This document shows positions 12,401-24,400 of a DNA stretch of 64,000 nucleotides, in pieces. The DNA is taken from positions 269,632 to 333,631 of the forward strand of contig NMRA01000196.1 in NCBI GenBank assembly GCA_002633005.1, written 5' to 3'. Within the stretch, counting starts at the first letter, position 1. Every line of letters starts with the position of its first letter. The notes below the pieces were generated by a model. The model made no database searches. It was not told the DNA's origin and worked only from the letters and a program-made list of their open reading frames with translations. This stretch comes from Phoronis australis. Lineage: Eukaryota; Animalia; Phoronida. The position numbers were made by a program, and so were the translations under genes.

Positions 12401-15400
12401 TTCGAAGATGGCGCTGTGCTACTCTAATCCACTAAAAAGGTAAACTGTGATAACTGAAAACTAACTTACTTGAAAAAACAGAATATGAAGAGAGTGAGCG
12501 AGAGGAAGAAGAGTGATATAACGCCCCCTATGAAGTATATGTCTGTTATTGTGTTGGCTTGGTCAATCAAAGCCTGGTCGATCGTGTCCTGAAAATGGAG
12601 GATAATGCTTGATGGGATGAGTCTCGATGATTAAAACATGAAAGTTGACTGAGAACGGCTGTGGCGTTAGTGCCAAGATAATCTCGCAACCAGAAATACT
12701 TTTGCAGAACTCTGCTGGAACAGGAGTATTTCATTCGTTTGCATCCAAAAATGTCATGCTTCAAACGTGACCCTATACACGGTTCACTGGAAGAGCTTGT
12801 CACTTGAAGAGTGCGCCTGTTTTCAGACAATGTACATCAACGCCGTAAGTTTGACAGTATCGACCACCAAGCTGCTCGGCAGACATAATTATGTCTATTG
12901 ATAACGGCAAGACTATGATCCCACCAAATGTTGGTGCCACCTGGTCAGCCAATATCTTATCATATTACATGACTGTACATGTAACTTTTGTTCACTGTTA
13001 GTCATCAACTTTATACTCCCAGCTAGATGGGTGTCATCTTGGATTTCAATACCCGAAGCTCAGAAACTGAACAAGTGAAAGTTAACGATTTTATACGTAA
13101 ATTTACTAGCAGTTCATTAGAGGACATCCGCTTCGAACAGTTAAGACGAAAATACCAGATTCTAAAATCAATAACACTATCCTTGTGCAGCCAACAGAGG
13201 TTTTTTAATACGATTTTCATCAATACGTTGTTTTCTCACGCTCATTTCCTGAAAATGCACTAACAGTTACCGATTGATCTCTGTTTTTTTTGTACGCCTC
13301 TAAGCATAAACTGTAGTTGGTCCACGACCCCAACGTCCATGTCCCGTTCTCGCTGCAGTCGCGGAACCCAAAGGCTTCTAAAAATAATCAATAAACAATT
13401 GTACAATAGAGGGATCGGTCAGCAGTCGTAGCAGCAGTAGTGGTCGAAGTAGTCGCTACATGATTACTTTGTACCGGTAGTAACAGTAGTAGCACTAAAA
13501 GTACACTATTTAATCTTAGCAGTAATAGAAGTGTTAGTTGCAACAACAATTTCAGTCGTATGAAACGTCGTTGCAATAATAACATGTGTCGTTACAGTAG
13601 TAACATGAGTCGTATCAGTAGTAGCACGAGTCGTAGAAGTTGTAGCAGAGGTCGTAGCAGCAATAGCACGTATCATTACAATACCAGCACTTGTCGTAGC
13701 AGTAGCAGCACGAGCCGTAGCAGAAATAGCATCAGTCGTTGTGGTAGTAGCATGGGTAGTAACAGTAATGGTTCCAGTCGTGGGATAACCAATATATATA
13801 GTAACAGTACTACCAGTAGAAGCAGAAGTAACGTTTTAAATAAACAAACATTTAAATGTATGTGAAGTAACACATTATACACTATGAATGTGACCACGTT
13901 ATTCATGATTGATTTTTCGTTGATGTGCCCCACCTTCCTTCAAAAAATACGCCCGGGGTTAGTTCTGGGTAAGCGATCGATCAAAAAAGGAATTTAATAA
14001 ATAAGTGACTTCAAACACCATCGGTTCTTATCGCCAACGATGCCATCTAGTCCAGTCATTCTACGGATAACCCGGAAAAAATTGCAACAGAAGGTTTTAT
14101 TGCATAAATCGTATCCTTTCACGCCCCTTAGTGGGAAAAAAAAAGTCTACCGGAATCGGAGTGGCGGAAGTTGGTTTTTCAAGATGGCGGACAAAATGGC
14201 CGCCAGATTTTCTGATGCGCACTGTAACTCAAGAGTGGAATGTGATAGNGTACTACCAGTAGAAGCAGAAGTAACGTTTTAAATAAACAAACATTTAAAT
14301 GTATGTGAAGTAACACATTATACACTATGAATGTGACCACGTTATTCATGATTGATTTTTCGTTGATGTGCCCCACCTTCCTTCAAAAAATACGCCCGGG
14401 ATTAGTTCTGGGTAAGCGATCGATCAAAAAAGGAATTTAATAAATAAGTGACTTCAAACACCATCGGTTCTTATCGCCAACGATGCCATCGTCATATAAG
14501 CGCATTCGTAAACGATATCACTCTCCACTCGTAGTCATGATATTTAATGCAAACGGGGTGTGCAGCATGCATCAAACATTCATTACTATCACTTGGAAAA
14601 GTTATGTAATAGCGAGGAGTTTATTTTGACAAAACTTATTTATAGCAAGTGGACGGGTAAGTATGTCTCCATTAATGTTATCAAACGCCCTCAATTTTCA
14701 CATTTCGCATCCGTCTATAATGAGGTTTTGTTGGTCCACACGTTCACACATAGTTGACCTTTGGTGTTATCGTTGGGGAAACGAGTGTGTATATATACAG
14801 GTTATATACATACAAATAATACAGTGCATTTGAATGCTTTTTCTACGGACACAAAGAGTTCATATTTTGGGAACATCAATGCTGCCTGATATCGTGTAAT
14901 CTAGCAAGTGTATTGTTGCAAAATTGACTAAAAATCGGTGAGTTACGGAAGTACCGACATCGTGACTTTACGCGACAAACCGACAATTTCCGTACCGTCC
15001 TTGACCTCGAGCGGCCCCCGATGGACGTGTGTGGGTTTTTTGTGAACCTTTTTGTTCTTTGACTGCGAATTTCTTACGAAGTCGCCGGAACAGGACACCG
15101 TGAATGGTATTGGGAGAAAGAACAATTCTTCATGGTTTGTTGAACCTCTGTTTTGTGAAAATTTATTGAGTTTTATATTTGCTATGGACAGCTGAAGTGA
15201 AGCACCCGTGGAATTTCTTGTCTGTGTTTTAAACAGATCACGGAAATTGTCCTATAGACGGCGAGATTGTTGTTCGACATTAGCAAATGTGAAAATTGTG
15301 AAATTTCCATGGCCAGGATAGACGACTTAGTAAAAACCTCACGGCATATACTTACCATTCCAACGTAATTGCACAATAAGTGGTTTTCGCATAATTATAG

Positions 15401-18400
15401 CATGAAAGTCTTGATGAGTACATAAACTATACATTTGCCCGTTTTGTTCTTATGCAAATTGTGTGGTCACCGAAATCAAATGGGTTAATTTAGAACTAGA
15501 AATTGAACCACCACACCGCTACACATTAGGTTAGCGCAACACCGACGTATACCAGTGCACGCCTCATTTGCCTCTCTCGCAATCTTCAAAGGGCCTCAGT
15601 TTACTTGCACATGTACGTACAGAAGTGCTTGAGGTCAGAGCTCGTTCATAACGCAATACATGGTAGAGTTCAATAGCTGTCTCGCGTGAGAAAAAACTAG
15701 ACAAAATCACATGTTCTCATTTAAATACACGGCAAAATCTCGCGTAATCTCGCGAATTCTTACTTGTCTAGTGATGTCCTAGGGTTATTAAATTCTACCC
15801 CGATATACTCGCAAATAAAAGCATGCGAGATTTTGGGCTTTGCTTATAACGCAAGGCGATACCTAGCGAAAACGTGTGTCACGGTGGTTTCACAACAAAC
15901 TAGCCTGGCGTAAAAGCCAATGTACGTAAGTGACTATCTTGTAAAGCTTACCATCGCTTACTGGGAGGCCATAAAACTCGGGACATTTCTTCTGCACTCT
16001 TTCACCGGCAGGTGTGGCAGCCCAACAGTTGAATTTGTCCCACACGGCATCACAGAATGGTCCTGCAAGAATAATTCATTGTAATTTCCTTAAAGTGAAA
16101 CATTCACAGAGGTGTTACAACAACGTCAGCAGCTGTAATTAAGCCGTTATTTATTGGTCACAACCATGAGCTACGAAACTGGCTGCTTCTTTAAGTCATC
16201 AATTTTTTATAGCTCGTTCATGAGTTCTACAGAAACGTGAAAAATGCGTGAAATAGAAATGAATAACATATGCTGTACAAGGAAACGGGACAAACGGTTC
16301 AGACAATCCAACCATGTCACATGCAAGTGTTCAATACGCGAAAGCCACCAAACCCAACGCGGAACACGCACTTGCGAACGTTGTTACTCGTTTAGAAACA
16401 AGACTCACGGGTCTGTAACTCAATTCCGTGACTCATACTAGTGCTTATGCGCCCAAAGAGAACCACCTACGGGTTCACATACAAGGAACCCGGCTCACGA
16501 ACTGCAAACATCAGGCTCTGATGTGAACTATTCGCTGCTCATGCACTTCCCGTCACAAAATTGCGTGACTGGATTTTGTTGATGGCATCAAGAATTAATA
16601 TCAAACAACAACAATAAAGAAGCACGTTTAATTACGTTCATTCTGTCGCATTTGATTACAAAATATGTTAAATACACGACCGGGTTCGTCTTGTCAATAT
16701 ATTGTTCCACGCTGGACACTAATGCGCCGCAGCAAACATACTTACTGTAAGCTTGACGAAAGGCATGCTTCCAAAATCTTCTTATTTAAACAGTAAAATA
16801 CAAAAATGCATTATTTAAATGGGCCCGTTTCCTGGTGAGTGACTTAAGACTTAAGATTTGAGACCAAACACGCAGTGGTGGATTTGGGGGGGGGGGGGGG
16901 GGNGGGTGCGAATTGCTGACTAGCACATGCGCGCAACGGGCTCGGGGGTTGAATAAACAATGCATAGGCCCTCAACAAACCCCGTTTACCGTTTTTTTTA
17001 GTCGAAGGGTCCGCATTTTAGGTTGGGCGCGCGCATCTGCCGAAATTCTGGTTATTCCTGTGCCCTCCCCCAACTCAAAATCCTGGATCCGCCCCTGACA
17101 CGGTCAAGGCTAAGATCGAAAATTCAGAAAAGACCGTTTCATTAACGTACATGTAGAATCGGTTCTCGTCTTGGACTTAGTTGGACCGAAAGTAATCGGT
17201 TTGCCATAGGAGAGCATACTAACTACGCACGGCTTTATGATCAAAATCCGATTTCTAGTACATGATATGATTTCGAAAGTCTGATTGAGCATTTACTTAC
17301 CAACTGGTATCTTGAAGACTTGAAAAGATACTGACATGACTGGACAATGTCACTTTAGATGTGCAGGTAAGTGGCCCTGCATTGTTTACGGTGCTTTGTC
17401 GGTTATCGAATGGAAAACAGGCGGGGCCACTAGATTATAAAACATTGAGAAAATTATTCACGAAATTTTTTTCCTCAACAATGTACAGTGTTGGCTGCCG
17501 TAAATTTCAGACATGTAGACCAAAAATCCGAATTAAGACTTTTCCGTAGCAAAGTAACTTCCAATGTTATCCGATTTTAGTCTTAATATTGGTCTGGTGC
17601 GCCCTCTTGCGATAATTAGTCAAAACAGTTACTTGTAGTTTGTTGTGTTCGGAGCAGTAAAACAGGTTTGAGGCAAACTGAAATACGAAATGCACCATTA
17701 GAATACTACGTACAAGAACGTCGAGAATCGCCGACTTATCGCAGGCAGGCAGAAGATAGTCGGGAGATTGTACAGGTGTATAGAGAATATGAACGAGTAT
17801 ATATTAAGCTGTCTAACAAAAATCGCAGTCGTGCTCTCAGCGTGTTTTATGTCAATGAAGGGCTGCTGCCCAACTATACCAAATTAGCGGAGTATACGAA
17901 AGTTCCACATGAATTCAATGATCGCTTTCTGAGATATAATGTTCTCATGTTTCGACATTTTTCTAGGATACTAAATACATGTAACCTTCGTCTGTTTCTG
18001 CAGCTAAAGTAGGCTGCTGCCTTTCCGGAAAATCAACCGTACCTTTGTAATTGTTCTGGAATTAATAAAAATTGTGAGNNNNNNNNNNNNNNNNNNNNNN
18101 NNNNNNNNNNNNNNNNNNNNNNNNNNNNNNNNNNNNNNNNNNNNNNNNNNNNNNNNNNNNNNNNNNNNNNNNNNNNNNNNNNNNNNNNNNNNNNNNNNNN
18201 NNNNNNNNNNNNNNNNNNNNNNNNNNNNNNNNNNNNNNNNNNNNNNNNNNNNNNNNNNNNNNNNNNNNNNNNNNNNNNNNNNNNNNNNNNNNNNNNNNNN
18301 NNNNNNNNNNNNNNNNNNNNNNNNNNNNNNNNNNNNNNNNNNNNNNNNNNNNNNNNNNNNNNNNNNNNNNNNNNNNNNNNNNNNNNNNNNNNNNNNNNNN

Positions 18401-21400
18401 NNNNNNNNNNNNNNNNNNNNNNNNNNNNNNNNNNNNNNNNNNNNNNNNNNNNNNNNNNNNNNNNNNNNNNNNNNNNNNNNNNNNNNNNNNNNNNNNNNNN
18501 NNNNNNNNNNNNNNNNNNNNNNNNNNNNNNNNNNNNNNNNNNNNNNNNNNNNNNNNNNNNNNNNNNNNNNNNNNNNNNNNNNNNNNNNNNNNNNNNNNNN
18601 NNNNNNNNNNNNNNNNNNNNNNNNNNNNNNNNNNNNNNNNNNNNNNNNNNNNNNNNNNNNNNNNNNNNNNNNNNNNNNNNNNNNNNNNNNNGTTGGACCG
18701 AAAGTAATCGGTTTGCCATAGGAGAGCATACTAACTACGCACGGCTTTATGATCAAAATCCGATTTCTAGTACATGATATGATTTCGAAAGTCTATTTGA
18801 GCATTTACTTACCAACTGGTATCTTGAAGACTTGAAAAGATACTGACATGACTGGACAATGTCACTTTAGATGTGCAGGTAAGTGGCCCTGCATTGTTTC
18901 TACGGTGCTTTGTCGGTTATCGAATGGAAAACAGGCGGGACCACTAGATTATAAAACATTGAGAAAATTATTCACGAAATTTTTTTCCTCAGCAATGTAC
19001 AGTGTTGGCTGCCGTAAATTTCAGACATGTAGACCAAAAATCCGAATTAAGACTTTTCCGTAGCAAAGTAATTTCCAGTGTTATCCGATTTTAGTCTTAA
19101 TTTTGGTCTGGTGCGCCCTCTTGAGATAATTAGTCAAAACAGTTACTTGTAGTTTGTTGTGTTCGGAGCAGTAAAACAGGTTTGAGGCAAACTGAAATAC
19201 GAAATGCACCATTAGAATACTACGTACAAGAACGTCGAGAATCGGCGACTTATCGCAGGCAGGCAGAAGATAGTCGGGAGATTGTACAGGTGTATAGAGA
19301 ATATGAACGAGTATATATTAAGCTGTCTAACAAAAATTGCAGTCGTGCTCTCAGCGTGTTTTATGTCAATGAAGGGCTGCTGCCCAACTATACCAAATTA
19401 GCGGAGTATACGAAAGTTCCACATGAATTCAATGATCGCTTTCTGAGATATAATGCTCTGATGTTTCGACATTTTTCTAGGATACTAAATACATGTAACC
19501 TTCGTCTGTTTCTGCAGCTAAAGTAGGCTGCTGCCTTTCCGGAAAATCAACCGTACCTTTGTAATTGTTCTGGAATTAATAAAAATTGTGAGTCTGTCGT
19601 AGCAATGTATGGGCTGGTCAACATTTATCTCATGCTGCAATAATCGCGCTGGCAGTCTTTCAACAGGCTGTCACAGAAGCTGCACTAGTATGCAATAACA
19701 TAAAATAACAACACATGACAGTTGCGAGGGCGGCAAAGAGGCCGTTACTGACACTCTTACCACATTATGCAGACCACCGTTTAGTGACGCCGTAAGTAAC
19801 GTCTTTTCGTTTACGCTATGGATAGGAGTAAGGCAAGGGATTCTAGTTAGACCTCAGATAGACTATATCTGAGCTTAGACTAACTAGACGGTGCAGCTGG
19901 AAGTTAGAATATCCGCGTTTTTTAGCAAAAAGGGGCCCATTTATATGGAGCTTCCGTGTTAATGTCGCCCTTTCATAGCTACACTTAATCACGGATGCTC
20001 GATGATGCTATATCATGGGCAGCTCAGCACTGAAAAAAGTGGGGCTATAGCCCCCCAGCCCCCTATGTTGCGCCGCCCATGTATATTCAAAAGAACCACC
20101 CGTTATGACACGACACATATGCAATATTAGATACTTGGAAGCAGCAGTAGGGATGGCGTTTTTAAAAATATTAGATCCCGAGCACCTATGTACTAGTCTT
20201 TTTTCCATAACTCTCGTTGTGGTCAATTTTGAAAGGAACTATGGAGAATTCAAGTATTCTAAAAGGCACCTTTCGAAAGGAATTTACCTGAGAAAAATCA
20301 TCCATATGAGCAGGACGTCCCGTATGCACGTTAAATGAAGTGGGAATATATATAAGCTTAACCCCATGGGAAATGTCTGACAGGGCTCATTTTTGTTTGA
20401 ATTCTTTACAATAACTCACACATTACAACAACGCTACTTGATAGCATTTCGTACATGTATCTGGTATCAACTATACATGTGCAGTCTGCTTCCACCTCGT
20501 AGAAGACTGTAACTGTTCGTAAAAAAAGCCTCTGGTTTCTACGAGTACATATCGCTATGAACTGGTTTTACAAACATTAGAACTTCAGAAGCATATGAAT
20601 TCCCGAGAGCACACACTGATTTTCCAACAGGGCACCTATACGCAGCCGATTGTGTTGAAGTTGAAATTTGGCACCCCACTTCAAGGAGCGGCAAAGGCAC
20701 TTGAAAGCTGATTTCGAATTTTGATACGGTTGTTTACTTTTGGGCGAGCAATGACGGATTTGTGTTCTTTAATTTCAGCGAGAAACAATTGCGAAGCTTG
20801 GTAATGTTTGATGCGACCAAATAGAAAAACGAAACGAGACATTTTACACAAGCCATGTACCGATAAAACAACGAATTACTGACTGAACTGTCGCTTTTGA
20901 ACTGCGTCAGTGTACACAAACTGCGTTGTCATGTTTTCCAGGAAACACCAAGAAACTGTTTTTCCCAGATCATATGGTATAAAAAGTACACGTGAATGAG
21001 ATTTGATGTGCAAAATTGAGTTACAAGTAGTATAAAATATGTACATGTACGTATGTTTATTGAATGGCACACTGCACAACAAAAGGAATCGTAATCCCCA
21101 ATTACACATATTCAACAGGATATGCTTTTACTATAATTTGTTTTTCTGAAGATTTTGAGTGGTTCGAACGGATCTCTCATGATTTCCTAAATCGTCGCAA
21201 TCGTTTAGATATCCATGTTGCGGCCGGTTGCAACGATTTACCGTTTTCACAGTAAGACCTACACAAAACATCTACATGTACAGGCGATGTTTTAAGAATG
21301 CACAAAGGTTGAGATTAAAAACATACTTCAATCTGGAATTGGAAAACGATATCTTAAGCATTGGCAGATCTAAGAAGTTGCGAGGAGCCCTAGCCAAGCT

Positions 21401-24400
21401 CAATTTTCGTGTCATCTTGGGTCTGTGCTATTGTAGTACCTGTCCAAATTGTCGAAACGGCCCATACTGCGACAAAATAACTTGTGCCAAGGAAATATTC
21501 TAGCTACGGGCATGATGCATAAACAGCGACCATTTGAGAACTACAGCAATATGAGGTTTCAGTTAACACAATGCAGCGCTCGGCGCTAAGCTACACACCA
21601 TGTCGCATTTGGCGATCTGGCATCAATCTCAGGTCGCCAAACGAAATAGGTCGCCAAAACTGAAAATCTCAGGAGCCGAAATAACTTGTGAGATCTCCGA
21701 TCCGGCGTGAAAGTTCGAGTCGAACGGTCTTGACGCCACCCTTTCTCTTGCCCTCCTCCAGTAAAAGTAGCCGTACGTACATTCTCTAACTCAATTTCTC
21801 CCGCGTAGAACGATCATAGAACGAAGGCAAACGCAAGGACTGATGCGAATTTCACCGATCTTGCCCGATTTTTGTCTGTTTACTTCCTGTTATAATTCAG
21901 GCGTGGTGCCAAAGGCGCTGACGAAATGAACTGAACAATTCTGAATCAAAGGTAATAAATCTAGGATGACTACTAGTAATTAAGATTTGGAAGTCAACGT
22001 GAACTTTGAAACGAATTTAGAGTGTATTGTCTGACTTTGATACTCGCACTGGCGACTTCGTGGCGACTGAATTTTTCCCAAGTCGCCAAACACAATCTAA
22101 GGTCGCATTAGCGCGCTGCAATGAATTGCTATACATGTATGTAACTCAGTTCCATCTGAAATCGATTGGGGAACAAACTCTTTGGCACGTTGGGCTCATC
22201 CCAAATATCTAGTCGAATGCATTTGGCATTATCCTAATCCCAAGTCCATATATATGCATGTTTGTATGTGTGTATGCATGTATGTATGTATGTATGTATT
22301 TATGTCTACGTGTACGTGTACGTCTATGCGTATGTATATATCTAGTTTAATTTCAATTTTGGTGGTGCATCGCAACCTAAATAACAGCCGCTGTAGTGAG
22401 TGACAGTTGACTCATGATGGCTGCTCACTCAACTGCCGCTATAATTGACGAGGTTTCCGCGGAGAAAATTACGGCAAAAACAAATAGGGCTGAAAGTTAC
22501 GACATGTTTATATTTTATTAATATCTTTAGGCTGACGAGACTCGTTCATCCTGTTTTCTTAATTGGCGAATGCATTTAGGAAGGGGTATCTCTAATTTAG
22601 CAAAAAGCAACAATATCCTTCTTGTATTGGGTTCTCAGGCTGAATACATCGGTCACTATATCGGGCTAATAACCAGCACACATATTTTGAAATTTGCTCA
22701 CAGAAAGGCTTACTGTACGTTCAGATACACTTAGCCGAACATCAGACGCTGAAGAGAGGAATAACCGACGTGTGTGTCAATTAACCATGTACGAGTTCTA
22801 CCTTTTCTGTTGTCCCGCTGTTTTTCCTATTACTCTCACGCCTGTTTACCGCATCTCTGCGCTGAAGACGTTATCAGTAAATTATCTCGAGTTCTTGTCT
22901 ATTCTTAGGTTACATCTAATGAATTTTAAGTTTCAAGGTTTTACAACGATCCGAAGAGTTACATTGACGAACCTTTTGATTGTTTATAGAGGTTAATTGG
23001 GATGCAGCCTCGTTACTATAGCAACACTGGAACAATAGGAGTATCCGAAATGAATAGTGAAAGAATTAGTGAATTTTAAGTTGATGGGTCAGCAATTGTC
23101 CGATTAACACTTTGCGTGCGTTAGCACTTTCCCCAACTCAAGCTGACTGCTAAGTCAACTCTCAAGCCTTTGTCTCAGAGATTGGCTCAGGATAGTTGGG
23201 TCAATCCCTCCCCCAAGAAAACGTGTTCAACTGTCTGCAACAAAATATTGAACAGTTATGGGTTCCGCTTCACGAGAAGTGGCTTCAGGTCTCTTTCTGT
23301 TTCCGGTTCCACTTTTCTGTGTAAGTTGTTCCACTTATGAATTACCGGCGCTAAAATATAGTTATTTACAGTTTTTCATTGTCGAGTAAAACGGTTATTG
23401 TGCGGTTGCAAATACATTGCATGATAAATACAAATGTATCTCTTTATCGACAATGACACAATGACCAATATTCCCAGGAATAGAAAAGATAAAGCATATT
23501 ATCCAGCATAAACCGACTCACTGCTGATAAAAACGAAATGTCTGTGGCATCTTACGGAGAAGACGATTCCAGTTTTGTTTTATATGTTTGTGAATAAAAA
23601 GTTTATTCCGTCTCGGCTGATATTGTTTCACGCGCATTTTAATGCCAAAAGCAAAGTGCATTCTCAGTGGCTGTAAACTGTGTCTTCAATTAGTGAACCT
23701 TTTATACAATTACCATGGTAAACACGGAGGCTCTCTGGATAGATGGAAACTAATGAAACATTTAACGGACACATTTATCCTTAAAGCTGCGATAATGTAG
23801 CATTCAGTTCAAATGTCAAATTTCAACAGACGCGCGCTCAATGTAGTCTCAAGTTGGACTCAGTCAAACAACATTAAAAGACACAAACACCTGAGAAGTT
23901 GTCAACGTTACATTTAGTTTAGGCTTAAACAAAAAATAAGTAAACTGTTAGAATTTAACGTCTTGAATGCAAAAATGCTTCCCAAAAACCAATGTGTCCA
24001 GTACAACAGACGATTATGTTTTCTTTGAAAACAGCCGTAATAATGACATTTGTACAGTTTTATTGGCTACAAGGAGTGTGAGTATTTACATGTACAATGG
24101 AACTTTACAGTTACTAGCCAGCACAAGAATTCTACGCTGGTATTATTGATATTTCTTGACAGTTCTGTCAACACCATTCTGTTTGTCCAGGAATGCTCGT
24201 TTTCTCAACACTCGTTCGTAATCTACAATCTACACCTGTCATTAAGACTGTCAACGATGCAAAAGTAAACAGGACAAGTTTACCAGAAGGGTATTTAAGC
24301 ACTCGATATATCGCATTCATAATACTCGAAATTGGTTAGGTCAATATGGAGTTGACTGGTAATTTCTCTCGACTGGAAAGACTTTACCCTGTCCATTACC

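Noticed and set aside
13130-13200. Minus-strand SVGCTRIV peptide resembling class B ICL1
   Set aside because: No splice acceptor and no HxxL motif; the true ICL1/TM2 exon is 11318-11450.
13388-13933. Ser-rich and Leu-rich ORFs
   Set aside because: They are translations of a trinucleotide low-complexity tract.
18004-18756. Long ORFs of 215-250 aa in the track
   Set aside because: They consist almost entirely of N-gap codons.
17668-19526. Twin 114-aa ORFs suggesting a duplicated gene
   Set aside because: TTG starts, no recognisable domain, intronic position, and the duplication flanks an assembly gap.
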